The position numbers and the translations under genes were made by a program. A stretch of 64,000 nucleotides of DNA, taken from assembly GCA_043747615.1 (NCBI GenBank), contig JAYTOU010000060.1:96001-160000 (forward strand), written 5' to 3'. This DNA comes from Myxococcales bacterium. GTDB taxonomy: Bacteria > Myxococcota_A > Polyangia > Polyangiales > Polyangiaceae. The notes beneath the pieces are model-generated. The model was not told the DNA's origin. It ran no database searches and was given only the letters and a program-made list of their open reading frames with translations. Of the stretch, positions 37,868-47,926 are shown in pieces (the first letter of the stretch is position 1; the number at the start of each line of letters is the position of its first letter).

Positions 37868-40562
37868 CGACGTTGCCGCCGGACTTGTCGTTCGCTGCCT
37901 TCGGGGCGTCGGGGAGCTTCTCCTCGGAGAGCTTGGGGTTCATGACCTCGAAGAACGCTTTGCGCGCGATTTCTCCGAGCGGAGCGGGCTCGTTGCGGAG
38001 CGCCATGAGAACGCCCTTCTCCTTCATGAACTTGAGAATGCTGACGGCGTTGTCGCGCTTCGCAGCGTCCGCCCCCTTCGCGTCGGCGAGGAGACGCATC
38101 CGGAACTGCACGCGGGTGAGCGAGTGCGGGCCGTTGTCAGGCTCGATTCCCTGAATGGCTCGTCCGAGAATGAGCCGCGGCCAGTCCTGAAGAGCGTCGC
38201 GCACTTTCACGTGGGCACACGCTTCGGCGTTTCGAATCCAGCGCGCGACGTCGCCGGTCTCGTAGTTCCTGTCGCTCCAGTAACCGAAGGAGGCGGTGTA
38301 GATCGTCTTCAGCTCCTCGACGGCCTCCGGTGAGGCGTCGTTGTACGAGCCTATGGCGTTCATCGCGACGTCTGCATCGGCGCCGATGAGGAGGGCGAGC
38401 GCGGCATCGCTCCGCAGATTCGGGTCCTTCAGCTTCTCGAAGAGCTGCGCGGCGAGTGCTTTGGACACTCCGCCAAAGCCGATCGCACGTGCTGCCTGAT
38501 GACGCACTTCGATCGCTACGTCCGGCGTGAGGACGTCGAGGAGGCCGGCCGTCGCTGTCGGTACTGGGCGATGCACGAGCGTCTCGAGATAGCACGCGCG
38601 CACGAGCGCACTCTTCGGATCGGGCTTGTTGAAGTCGTGGACTTTCTTCACGACCTCGAGCATCTGATCGTCGGTGGCCACCCAGGACAGCGCAAAACAA
38701 GCCTCGACGCGTGACTGCTCGTTGTTGTTACCGTCCTCGATGTACTTGACGAAAATGGGATAGGCGCGCGGATCACCCCACTGCGCGAAGCCGTCCGCTG
38801 CACCGACGCCGAGCGAGCGGAGCGTCATGCCGAGTACCGCGAGGCCGCCTTGCATCAGCGAGTCCATCGTCGCGTCGACCTTCGGCGGACGGCGATTGAG
38901 CTGACGCTCGAGAAGCGACCAGCTCGCATCGTCTTTCATCCAGCCGATGTAGCGAAGCGCGCTCTGGGCCGTGCCCCACGACTGCGGAAATTCCTGCTGT
39001 CCGTCCTTGGGGAGCGGCTCGGACGGGTTCGCCCATTTGCGCATCTTCGGGAGGATCGCGTGCGAGCCGGCGGCCGCGAGAAACCGGAGCCCGTTGGCGT
39101 GCGGCTGCGGGTAGTCGGTCACCCAGAAGATCGCACCGTCTTCTGCATCCTTCTTCAGCTGGACCAGCTTGTCGGGATAGATCACCGCGAGGTCGGCCAG
39201 CATGCGCGCCGACACCACGCGCTCGTTGTCGTCCCTCATCAGCTCGGCATCGTCGACCTTGTTGTAGAGCTTCAGCGGATCTTGTTTCAGCCGCCAGCCG
39301 AGCGTCGCGGCGGCGCGTATGTCCCCGATCTCGGCGAGGCGAAGCGCGGCTTCCGTCTTCCAGTGGGGCTTCGGATTGGTCGCGATGTAGGCCGCGAGCA
39401 TGTCTCCACCGCGCGGGTCTTCGAGGTCGTGGATCATGTCGAAGAGCTGTTTGGTCTGGAATTTCTCGCGATCGGGCGTGGCGTGAGAGACGCTGCGCAG
39501 AGCGAGAATCAGCCCGCGCGAGCCGACGCCGTCGCGGAGGGCTTCGAGAAATTTCTGGCGGGAGTCTTTGTCGGCCTTGTCGAGCGCCGCGAGGAGCGGG
39601 CCGATGGACGCTTCGTTGGCGATCTTTCCGAGACCCACGGCTGCTTCGCGCGCCACGTCGACCGACTTGTCCTGCACGAGCTTCGTGAGGACGTCCGTCC
39701 ACTTTGCGTCTCCGGTGCGCGAGAGGATCGTAGCCACGAGCTGACGCACGCTTTCGCTCTCGTCACCTGCGTAACCAGCGAGCTTGTCGATCGAGACGAC
39801 GCCCGCCATCACGTCCGGATCGAACGCCGGATTTCCGTCGAGGCGCTGGACCTTCGAGAGGTGGCCCACGCGGTACTCGGCGAGCACGAGATCGAATGAC
39901 GTCGGCTCGTGGAGCGTCGCGAGCGCCCAGGCAATCTGCGGCTTGTCGCTGTTGTCGGCCTCTGCGAGCGCCTTTAGAAGCGCTGGCTTCGCGCTGTCCG
40001 CCGGGCCAGGGGCGCCCGCCTGCGGGGACGTTCCTGCGTATTCGAGCAGAGCCTGCGCCGCGGTGCCTCGAACGCGGTGATCGTCGGAGGAGAGGCCCTT
40101 GGTGATGAGCTCCAGCCCTTGGGGATCCTTCGCCCAGGCAAGCTCGCCGAACGCTTCTTCTTGAAGCGACGTCACGTCGCCGCGCGCGCCCCAGGCCCGC
40201 CACTTCGGCAGCTGATCGGCCTTCGGCATCAGGTAGATCGACTTTCGCTCCCGCGCGATTTGGTCGATCGTCATCTTTTCGGAGTCGCCCTTGGCTGCGA
40301 AAACGGCGAAGATCACACCGCCAACGACCAGGAGGATCCCGATCAAAAACACGATCGGTTTCGTCGCCCCCTTTTTGAAATTCCCGTCGTCTCCATCGCC
40401 GCCATACGGTCCGCCGCCGCCATAGCCGCCGCCTTGAGGAACGCTCGGTCCGGTGGGTGCACCCGGCAAATCGGCATCGTCCGGCGGCCACTTCGCGAGC
40501 CTGTTCAGAGGAAGCTTCGATTTGGTCGACGCGCGTGAAGACGGGGGAAGACTGGGTTGCAT
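37854..40562 (-). CDS. Membrane-anchored HEAT-repeat protein
   Basis: Single TM after a Gly-rich N-terminus. Repeats such as DHRVRGTAAQAL, VDVAREAAVGLGKI and EVRHQAARAIG. Start inferred at MQPSL. Confidence 0.85.
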   Translation of the reverse strand: MQPSLPPSSRASTKSKLPLNRLAKWPPDDADLPGAPTGPSVPQGGGYGGGGPYGGDGDDGNFKKGATKPIVFLIGILLVVGGVIFAVFAAKGDSEKMTIDQIARERKSIYLMPKADQLPKWRAWGARGDVTSLQEEAFGELAWAKDPQGLELITKGLSSDDHRVRGTAAQALLEYAGTSPQAGAPGPADSAKPALLKALAEADNSDKPQIAWALATLHEPTSFDLVLAEYRVGHLSKVQRLDGNPAFDPDVMAGVVSIDKLAGYAGDESESVRQLVATILSRTGDAKWTDVLTKLVQDKSVDVAREAAVGLGKIANEASIGPLLAALDKADKDSRQKFLEALRDGVGSRGLILALRSVSHATPDREKFQTKQLFDMIHDLEDPRGGDMLAAYIATNPKPHWKTEAALRLAEIGDIRAAATLGWRLKQDPLKLYNKVDDAELMRDDNERVVSARMLADLAVIYPDKLVQLKKDAEDGAIFWVTDYPQPHANGLRFLAAAGSHAILPKMRKWANPSEPLPKDGQQEFPQSWGTAQSALRYIGWMKDDASWSLLERQLNRRPPKVDATMDSLMQGGLAVLGMTLRSLGVGAADGFAQWGDPRAYPIFVKYIEDGNNNEQSRVEACFALSWVATDDQMLEVVKKVHDFNKPDPKSALVRACYLETLVHRPVPTATAGLLDVLTPDVAIEVRHQAARAIGFGGVSKALAAQLFEKLKDPNLRSDAALALLIGADADVAMNAIGSYNDASPEAVEELKTIYTASFGYWSDRNYETGDVARWIRNAEACAHVKVRDALQDWPRLILGRAIQGIEPDNGPHSLTRVQFRMRLLADAKGADAAKRDNAVSILKFMKEKGVLMALRNEPAPLGEIARKAFFEVMNPKLSEEKLPDAPKAANDKSGGNVVAPH

Positions 40563-40625
40563 GGGGCGCGAACGATACCCGATCCGAGCCCGGAAAAAAG
40601 CCCTGCGGTGAGCGTAGGATGATGC

Positions 40626-41030
40626 ATGCGAACCGTACTCGTCGCGGCCGGGGTGATCATCGAGGGAGGCCGGGTGCTCCTCAGCCAGCGCAAGGCCGGC
40701 GCGCACCTCGCTGGGATGTGGGAATTTCCGGGCGGAAAGGTCGATGAGGGGGAAGACCCTCGCGCTGCGCTCTGCAGGGAGCTGACCGAGGAGCTGGGGA
40801 TCGACGCTGTCGTCGGCGAGGTGATCGAGGTCACCTTTCATCACTACGCAGACGCCGACAAGGCGGTCCTCCTCCTCTTCTTCGAAGCCGCGCGCAGAGC
40901 AGCGTCGCCTGATCCCAAAGCACTCGACGTCGCTGACTTCATGTGGGCCGCCGCCGCTGATCTCGAGCCCACGCGGTTCCCACCAGCGGACGTCACCATC
41001 CTGAAAAAAATTATCTCACGCCTGTCATGA
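40626..41030 (+). CDS. NUDIX hydrolase (MutT/NudG-like)
   Basis: WEFPGGKVDEGEDPRAALCRELTEELGI Nudix box and FPPAD. Confidence 0.93.
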   Translation: MRTVLVAAGVIIEGGRVLLSQRKAGAHLAGMWEFPGGKVDEGEDPRAALCRELTEELGIDAVVGEVIEVTFHHYADADKAVLLLFFEAARRAASPDPKALDVADFMWAAAADLEPTRFPPADVTILKKIISRLS

Positions 41031-42077
41031 CAGAACGGCGTCGGTGACTTTGTCTGCCGTGACCTTCGCGAGGAGGATCCCGTTGCGATGGTGTCCGGTG
41101 GCGAGGAAGAGTCCGGGCATGCTGCTCGGACCGATGAGAGGCTCGGAGCTCGCGGCGTGCGGACGGAAGCTCGACCACGTTCGCACGAGCTGAGCATCGG
41201 CGAGAGACGGTACGCTCGCGAGGGCGGAGCCGAGGATCGCGTGGATTCCAGCGGCGGTCACCTCTCGACGAAAGCCTACGAATTCCACGGTGGAACCGCA
41301 GAGAACGCGGCCGTCACCGCGTGGCACCACGTAGCCGCGCTGACCGAAGACGATCGTCCGCACGCGGGGTGGGCGCTCGTCGAGCTCGATCATCTGACCG
41401 CGGGCCGGACGCACCGCCGGAAAAATTCCAGCGGTCCCAGGGATGAGCGACGACCAGCTCCCCGCCGCGAGCACCGTCGCGTCCGCGTGCACTTCGGTGC
41501 CGTCATCGAGGGCGACGCCCACGCATCTTTCGCGCTCGACGAGGAGGCGCGCCACCGTCGCCCCCGATTGCACGCTTACGTCGGCACGGACGAGCGACGC
41601 GGCGAGAGCGCGGAGGAGCATCGGCGGATCGACCTGCGCGTCGTCTGGGAAATACGCGGCCGATTGCACATCGGGCGAAAGCTCGGGCTCGATGCGACAA
41701 GCGTTCGGGCCGTCCACCAGCTCGGCCCGGAGCCCTGCGTTCGTCTGCCACTCGACATCGCGAGCGAGGCGCGCGTGCCCCTCGCTGTCGGAGGCGATGC
41801 TGAGAACACCCGAAGCGCGATACCCGATGTCGATCCCCGTCTCGGCGCGAAGCTCGACGGCCCATGCGTGGTAGCCGCTGCGCGCGCGGACGAGGAGATC
41901 GTGGAGAGGCCCCGGCGCGTGACTCTCTGCCTGGGCACCTAGAATTCCTGCGGCCGCGCTCGACGCTTCGGCTCCGGGGACCGCGCGTTCGAGGAGCGTC
42001 ACCTTCGCTCCACGCTGGGCGAGCGCACGGGCCGTCGCGCACCCCATCACGCCGCCACCGATGATCACGATCCGCAT
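41025..42077 (-). CDS. thiO: Glycine oxidase ThiO-like FAD oxidoreductase
   Basis: IIGGGVMG, ASSAAAGIL, LAAGSWS, P.RGQ and TGHHRNGILLA motifs. Confidence 0.85.
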   Translation of the reverse strand: MRIVIIGGGVMGCATARALAQRGAKVTLLERAVPGAEASSAAAGILGAQAESHAPGPLHDLLVRARSGYHAWAVELRAETGIDIGYRASGVLSIASDSEGHARLARDVEWQTNAGLRAELVDGPNACRIEPELSPDVQSAAYFPDDAQVDPPMLLRALAASLVRADVSVQSGATVARLLVERERCVGVALDDGTEVHADATVLAAGSWSSLIPGTAGIFPAVRPARGQMIELDERPPRVRTIVFGQRGYVVPRGDGRVLCGSTVEFVGFRREVTAAGIHAILGSALASVPSLADAQLVRTWSSFRPHAASSEPLIGPSSMPGLFLATGHHRNGILLAKVTADKVTDAVLS

Positions 42078-42150
42078 CTGCGTCGCTCTAGCACTGGAGG
42101 ATGGAACCGTGCTGGACAACACGAGGCAACTTGCGCTTTCCTCCTCGGCT

Positions 42151-43860
42151 ATGCGGAAGTGCGCGGTGCGGAGAATCATGGGCCTCGCTGGAGGGCTCAT
42201 CGCCATCGGAGGGTCCAGCTTCGCGCCCGCCCGCGCTCACGCGTCGACTGGATTTTACGTCGGATCGACGGACGCGCCGCTCGTGAATCACGCCGCCAAC
42301 GTGGTGCTCATGCGCGACGGAAAGCGCACCGTTCTGGCGATGGAAAACGACTACCAGGGACCGGCGCAAGACTTCGTGCTCGTGATCCCTGTGCCCTTCG
42401 TCATGCACAAGGACGGCGTGAGGACTCTGTCGAGAGAGGTGTTCGCTCACCTCGATCAGGTGACCGCGCCGCGCCTCATCGAGTACTGGGAGCAGGATCC
42501 TTGCGTCACGAAAGCGACGGCTGTCGCGACTCCAACGCCGACACCGAGTAGCATGCGGCTCCCAGTGCTGGCTGACACGCACGGGGTCAGCACCGAGGCG
42601 AAGTTCACGGTCGGCGAGTACGACGTCGTCATTCTCAACACGAAGGATTCGCGCGGTCTCGACGCGTGGCTCCGCGATGCGAAGTACAAGGTCCCCGCGA
42701 ACGCCGAAGCGCTCTTTCGCCCGTACGTGGAGCGCGGGATGAAATTTTTCGTCGCCAAGGTCGATCCCAAGAAAGTGAAGTTCGAAGGGGGCCGAGCGAT
42801 CCTCTCTCCGATCCGTTTCAGCTACGACGCGGAGACCTTCGAGCTTCCCCTGCGTCTGGGAGCGCTCAGCTCGGATGGCTCGCAAGACGTCGTGGTCACG
42901 ATTCTCGCCAAGGGACAGCGCTACGAGGCAGCCAACGTTCCGAACGTCGCCATTCCGACGAACCTCGATCTCAACGACGCAGCCAAAAAGCAATTCGGCG
43001 CGTTTTACGCAGCTCTCTTCGATCGTACGATCGAGAAAAATCCGCGCGCCGCCGTGACGGAATACGCGTGGGCCGTGACGACCTGCGATGCGTGCACGGC
43101 GCCCCCTCTCACCGCGTCGGATCTCGCGACTCTCGGCACCGATTCGCTTCCCGGCGCGCCCGTGTCGTGCGATCCGCCGTTCTATGTCGACAGCGACGGT
43201 CACCAACGACGCAAGCCCGAGTGCCTGGTCGGGTTCCCGACGCCACCCCCGCCGCAGAATGATCGCACGAGGAAGCACGGAGAGCACTCCGACGAGCTCG
43301 TGATGAGCCGCCTGCACCTTCGCTATGGCAAGGAGCCCCTGCCCGACGATCTCGTCTTGAGGGTTGGCGCCCCGCTCGCCGGAGGCCGCGAAATGGTCGG
43401 CTCCGATGGCGCTCTCGAGCACGGTGCGAGCGGTGCGAAAGCAAACCAGTTTCAGGCGCGCTATGCGGTGCGGCACTCCTGGGCGGGGGCCATCACCTGC
43501 AAGGAGCCGCATCGCGGAGTATGGGGGCCTCCACCCGGCACGAAGGCCGACGCGCTGGCGAAGGCCGCCGTCGGGGTCGCGTTCGCTGCGCGCGGAGCCC
43601 TGGCGATCGACGCACTGGTGAGTCCGGGCTCGCTCAACGACCTCGACGGTGTCGCGATCGCGCCGCCGGAGCCTCCGGTGAAACCACCCGTGGCGGAGCC
43701 ACCTCCGGATGCTGGTCCTCCGCCCGTGACGGACGCACCGAAGGCTGGATGCAAAGCGTGCACTCTACAGTCATCGGCCAGCGCGAACCCGTTCCCCGGG
43801 GCCTTGCTCCTCGTAGGCCTCGCCGTGGCCCGCCGGAAATCCCGGCGTCACCGCGCCTAA
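42151..43860 (+). CDS. DUF2330-domain exported protein with a MYXO-CTERM-like tail
   Basis: GFYVG, VVLMRDG.RTVL.M.NDYQGP..DF, APRLIEYWEQDPC and FFVAKVD motifs. Tail GCKAC...LLLVGLAVARRK. Confidence 0.85.
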   Translation: MRKCAVRRIMGLAGGLIAIGGSSFAPARAHASTGFYVGSTDAPLVNHAANVVLMRDGKRTVLAMENDYQGPAQDFVLVIPVPFVMHKDGVRTLSREVFAHLDQVTAPRLIEYWEQDPCVTKATAVATPTPTPSSMRLPVLADTHGVSTEAKFTVGEYDVVILNTKDSRGLDAWLRDAKYKVPANAEALFRPYVERGMKFFVAKVDPKKVKFEGGRAILSPIRFSYDAETFELPLRLGALSSDGSQDVVVTILAKGQRYEAANVPNVAIPTNLDLNDAAKKQFGAFYAALFDRTIEKNPRAAVTEYAWAVTTCDACTAPPLTASDLATLGTDSLPGAPVSCDPPFYVDSDGHQRRKPECLVGFPTPPPPQNDRTRKHGEHSDELVMSRLHLRYGKEPLPDDLVLRVGAPLAGGREMVGSDGALEHGASGAKANQFQARYAVRHSWAGAITCKEPHRGVWGPPPGTKADALAKAAVGVAFAARGALAIDALVSPGSLNDLDGVAIAPPEPPVKPPVAEPPPDAGPPPVTDAPKAGCKACTLQSSASANPFPGALLLVGLAVARRKSRRHRA

Positions 43861-44576
43861 GCGATCTTTCGCACCAAGCGCTGGATCGCCATGAGGTTCC
43901 AGCCGGCGAACCCTAGAAACAAGAACACCAAGGCCAGCGCCCAGCGCGCGTCGCTCGGCGTCTCTGCGTCGACCACCAGCCAGGCTCCAGGAGGAACGGC
44001 AGCGCCCGATGCCGCCGCAATCGCATCCCTGAGGCCACGATGGCGCGGACCCGCCGAATCGAAGCGCACGAGACGCCCCGAGAATGCGGACGGCGGTACG
44101 AAACGCGCTGTCTCTTGGCCCATGGGAACGCGCATTTCCACCCAGACATCGGGACGGCCGGCCACCGGGGCCACGCGGTAGGTGTCGCTCGCGAAAGGCC
44201 GCTCGTAGCGAATCGCGCCGACGGCCGCGAGCATCCCGTGCGCGCGAACGAAACTGTTTTCCCTGAACGAAGTGGGCGGCGATGATCGCAGATCGCCCAC
44301 GTCCGTCGCCGTCGACGAAGTCAGCGCATAGACGGCGTCACGGGCCAACATGAAGACCATCGCCAGGGCCGCGACCGCCGTGAACCCCAAGATGAACAGG
44401 GTCGCGGTGCGCTCCGCCCGCGGAGGATCGGGGAGGGCCAGGAGCTCTGGGTCGACCGCGTCGACGTCGTCCTCTGTCAAGCGTTGCGAGCGTTGCGAGT
44501 GGGCGTCTGCTGGGCGCACCACTGCCCTGAGCGGAGGCTCGTCAGGAGGAGACGAAGTGAGGTCGGGGCGGCTCAT
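43857..44576 (-). CDS. Two-TM hypothetical membrane protein
   Basis: DPELLALPDPP motif, N- and C-terminal hydrophobic helices, typical codon usage. Confidence 0.7.
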   Translation of the reverse strand: MSRPDLTSSPPDEPPLRAVVRPADAHSQRSQRLTEDDVDAVDPELLALPDPPRAERTATLFILGFTAVAALAMVFMLARDAVYALTSSTATDVGDLRSSPPTSFRENSFVRAHGMLAAVGAIRYERPFASDTYRVAPVAGRPDVWVEMRVPMGQETARFVPPSAFSGRLVRFDSAGPRHRGLRDAIAAASGAAVPPGAWLVVDAETPSDARWALALVFLFLGFAGWNLMAIQRLVRKIA

Positions 44577-44691
44577 GTGGTGGTAGCCAAACGTACGACA
44601 AAATCGGAAAAAGGACGGGGCTTGATGCACCGACAGCATCGCCGCCCGAAAGGTTCCGCAAAACGTGGGTTAGGGGTAGTCTCTGCCTCCC

Positions 44692-45222
44692 ATGGCCGCC
44701 GCGAGCGCTTGTCCCAATTGTGGCTTCAAGAAAAACCCGCAGAACGCGGCACGTTGTGCATCGTGCGGCGCGAAGCTCGAAATTCTCGGAAAAATCTCGC
44801 GGTCGCGCGAAGAAGAGCTCGAGCGGCGATACCAGCAAGAGGGCGTGAGCATCCAGTGGATGGCGTACGCGCTCGTCGTGCAGGGTGTCCTCACCGCAGC
44901 CCTTGTTTTCGGGCTTCCGATGGTCCTTCCCGCCATCGACTTCGAGGGCGGAAACGGGATGACGATTTGCATCCCCGTGTGGTTCCTCGGCGGTCTCTTG
45001 GTGGGGATGATCTCGCCTGGCCGCACGTTCATCGAGCCGGTCGTAGCGAGCCTCATCGTCGCCATCCCCTCCACACTTCTGCTCGTGCAAAACCAAACCG
45101 TGCGCACGATGCCCACGTTCCTCTATGTGATCATGGCAACGATCGGCGTTCTCTTCACGCTCATCGGCGCGTACATCGGCGAGCGGATTCAGCTCGGACC
45201 GCCGCCGAAGGCCACCGAGTAA
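44692..45222 (+). CDS. Zinc-ribbon membrane protein
   Basis: CPNCG...CASCG followed by about four TM helices. Confidence 0.8.
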   Translation: MAAASACPNCGFKKNPQNAARCASCGAKLEILGKISRSREEELERRYQQEGVSIQWMAYALVVQGVLTAALVFGLPMVLPAIDFEGGNGMTICIPVWFLGGLLVGMISPGRTFIEPVVASLIVAIPSTLLLVQNQTVRTMPTFLYVIMATIGVLFTLIGAYIGERIQLGPPPKATE

Positions 45223-45238
45223 TTCAACGCGGGTGAGC

Positions 45239-46468
45239 ATGGCGCCCGACGTCGTTATTGCTGGAGGCGGACCAGGCGGTTCCGTTTGTGCGGCGCGGCT
45301 CGCGCAGCGCGGGGTCTCCGTGCTCTTGCTCGAGAAGGCGAAATTTCCGCGCTTCCATCTGGGTGAATCGCTCCTCCCACAGTCGGTCAACGTCTTCCGC
45401 GAGCTCGGCATCATGCCGGAGCTCGAGAGACGATTCATGGTCAAGCGGGGCGCCCGCTTTCACGAGAGCAAGACCGAGCGCACCGTGCGCTACGATTTTG
45501 CCGAGGCCTTCGACAAGTCGACCACCTTCGCGTTTCAAGTCCCGCGCGATGAGTTCGACGAGCTCCTTCTGCGGCGGGCGCAATCGCTCGGTGCCGAGGT
45601 TCGCGAAGAGTGGTCAGTCACGCGCATTCGCTTCGAAGGCGGGCGCGCGGTCGGTGTCGAGGCACGTGATCCGGCGGGCAACGTGCACACGATCGACGCC
45701 AAGTTCGTGATCGATGCGACAGGACGAAGCGCGCTTCTCGCCCACACCGATCGCAGCATCACCAAAGTCCCCCACCTCGACAAAACCGCTATGTTTTCCC
45801 AGTATCGCAATGCCACGCGGGAGACGGGCGACAGCGAGGGAGACATCCAAATCATTCTCTTCGAAGGCGGCTGGTTCTGGATGATCCCGTTCAAGGACGG
45901 TCGCACGAGCTTCGGCGGTGTCGCTTCGAGCGAGTGGATGAAGGCGCGCGCTCCCGGCGAGACGATCGACGATCTCTACAAGCGCGCCATCCGCGAGTGC
46001 TCGGTCGCTACCCGGCTCCTCGCCGGCGCCGAGCAGCTCTTTCCCGCCGAAGCGACGGCCGACTTCAGCTTTCGCGTGAGGGATCTCGGAGGCCCGGGAT
46101 GGCTCGTCGTAGGCGACGCCGGAGGCTTCATAGATCCTCTCTTCTCGACCGGAGCGCACCTGGCGATGCACGGCGCACTGCATGGCGCAGACCTCGTTGC
46201 CGACGCGCTCGCCGCGAACGACACATCGTGCGAGCGTTTCGCTGCGTGGAAGACCACCATGCGGAGGGGCGCCGAGCTCTTTCTCGGGAGCGTGCAGGCG
46301 TTTTATCAAGGAACGCTCACCGAATATATTTTCGCGGAAAAACAGCACCCGTTTTTGCGTCACGCGATCACCTCGATGCTCGCCGGCGATGTCTTCCACG
46401 GCGACCAACGCTGGTCACGCGAGCTCACCGCGCGATTTCCTCCGGTGCTCGAGCCGCCCGCGAGATAG
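45239..46468 (+). CDS. Flavin-dependent halogenase-like oxidoreductase
   Basis: GGGPGG, FPRFHLGESL, WFWMIP (WxWxIP) and GDAGGFIDPLFSTG motifs. Confidence 0.85.
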   Translation: MAPDVVIAGGGPGGSVCAARLAQRGVSVLLLEKAKFPRFHLGESLLPQSVNVFRELGIMPELERRFMVKRGARFHESKTERTVRYDFAEAFDKSTTFAFQVPRDEFDELLLRRAQSLGAEVREEWSVTRIRFEGGRAVGVEARDPAGNVHTIDAKFVIDATGRSALLAHTDRSITKVPHLDKTAMFSQYRNATRETGDSEGDIQIILFEGGWFWMIPFKDGRTSFGGVASSEWMKARAPGETIDDLYKRAIRECSVATRLLAGAEQLFPAEATADFSFRVRDLGGPGWLVVGDAGGFIDPLFSTGAHLAMHGALHGADLVADALAANDTSCERFAAWKTTMRRGAELFLGSVQAFYQGTLTEYIFAEKQHPFLRHAITSMLAGDVFHGDQRWSRELTARFPPVLEPPAR

Positions 46469-46519
46469 GCGAAAGTCGATGCGCGTGCGTTCTCTTCGTG
46501 CCTGTGCCGTGATCGCCAC

Positions 46520-46803
46520 TCCTGCGCGGAAACGAAGCGACCGCGGCCCACGTTTGCTCGGGCAAGATTGAGGAGCAACGTCGGCGAAACCACGGCTCTC
46601 GCCTCGTCGAAGATGGCTACGGCGCGGCCGAAGCGAGCTGCGGCGCAGACCACATAGTCTTTTCGATCGAGCGCGTCCTGGCCTTCGTGACCGCGAGCAC
46701 GGGCCGCTTCCTTATCGTCGTTCGACTGCGCGAACGCGAGCGTTGGGACGAAGGCGAAACCGAGAATAAAAAGCGCGCTCGACCGCTACGTGCGGCGAAA
46801 CAT
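46520..46803 (-). pseudogene. Remnant of an exported TPR(-PEGA) protein
   Basis: MFRRT*RSSALFILGFAFVPTLAFAQSNDDKEAARARGHEGQDALDRKDY...PTLLLNLARA: signal peptide plus TPR helices, TAG at codon 6, no PEGA part. Confidence 0.6.
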
Positions 46804-46830
46804 ACGCGGTCTTCAGGCCCCGCAGGGGCT

Positions 46831-47193
46831 CTAGTTGTCTTTTTGATCGCGGACGCGGGCGGCCTTGCCCTGAAGCTCGCGCAAGTAGAAGAGGCGTGCG
46901 CGGCGAACGACGCCCTTCGACACGATCTCGACCTTGTCGATGCGGGGGGAGTGCGTGAGGAACACGCGCTCGACGCCCACGCTGAAGCTGATCTTGCGCA
47001 CGGTGAACGTGCTGCGGGCCCCGGCGCGATGGCGCTTCAGGACGATGCCTTGGAAGATCTGAATACGATCTTTGTCCCCTTCGACGATTTTGTAGTGGAC
47101 CCGGACCGTATCGCCTACACGGAAATCAGGCAGGGCGGTGCCAGTGCGAAGTTGGGCGGACTCGATCTCGGCGATCTTCGGGATGGTGTTCAT
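46831..47193 (-). CDS. rplS: 50S ribosomal protein L19
   Basis: [30 protein letters not shown] and [10 protein letters not shown] motifs. Confidence 0.97.
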   Translation of the reverse strand: MNTIPKIAEIESAQLRTGTALPDFRVGDTVRVHYKIVEGDKDRIQIFQGIVLKRHRAGARSTFTVRKISFSVGVERVFLTHSPRIDKVEIVSKGVVRRARLFYLRELQGKAARVRDQKDN

Positions 47194-47263
47194 TGGGGGA
47201 TGCGGCTTAAAGCATGTGACTTTCGCTCTGTCAACGTAGGGGCGCTCAAGGTAAGGGGAAATT

Positions 47264-47728
47264 ATGGGACTTTCGATCGGAGATCAGGCGCCGGAGTTCG
47301 AGGCCACGGCCAGCACGGGAACGGCGATCCGGCTCGCGGATTACCGCGGGAAAAAGAACGTCGTCCTCTACTTTTACCCTGGGGATTTCACACCGATCTG
47401 CACCGCCGAGGCCTGCGGGTTCCGGGACATGTACGACGAGCTTCAGGGGAAAGACACTGAAGTGATCGGCGTTTCGATGGACTCCGACGGGAGCCACAAG
47501 AAATTCGCCGCCGCCAACCACATTTCTTTTCCGCTCCTCGCCGACCACGACCAGTCCCTCTCCAAGAGGTACGGGGCCACCAACGCCCTCTTCGCGCTCT
47601 TCAATAAGAGCCGACGGGTCACCTTCGTGATCGACAAACAAGGGAAAATCGCCCAAATCCTGAGGAGCGAGCTCTCCTCGAAGAAGCACCTCGAAGGCGT
47701 CCGGGAAGCCCTCACCAAGCTCTCCTGA
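47264..47728 (+). CDS. bcp: Peroxiredoxin (Bcp/PrxQ)
   Basis: [22 protein letters not shown] and [10 protein letters not shown] motifs. Confidence 0.92.
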   Translation: MGLSIGDQAPEFEATASTGTAIRLADYRGKKNVVLYFYPGDFTPICTAEACGFRDMYDELQGKDTEVIGVSMDSDGSHKKFAAANHISFPLLADHDQSLSKRYGATNALFALFNKSRRVTFVIDKQGKIAQILRSELSSKKHLEGVREALTKLS

Positions 47729-47926
47729 GCGTCTCTTCTTGACCAACGCGGGCAGTGGTGACACTTTCCCGCCCCCTCATCCTGCAAACGTCGGAGCTCA
47801 GGCTCCCTGGTCCTACCGCTCCGGACCGGTCTCATCCCCAAAAAGATGCGAACGCCAAACGGGCTGATCTTCTACAAACGCCGCTGCCTCGTCTGTCCCA
47901 TCTCGGAGCGAAGTCAGGATTTTCAA

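Noticed and set aside
40563..40844. N-terminal extension of the HEAT ORF overlapping the NUDIX gene
   Set aside because: It is antisense to a clear Nudix gene. A start at 40562 gives a normal divergent arrangement.
1705..46788. Amber (TAG) recoding suggested by in-frame TAGs in two remnants
   Set aside because: Both remnants are also deleted or truncated, and intact genes such as rplS end in TAG. Ordinary pseudogenisation explains them.
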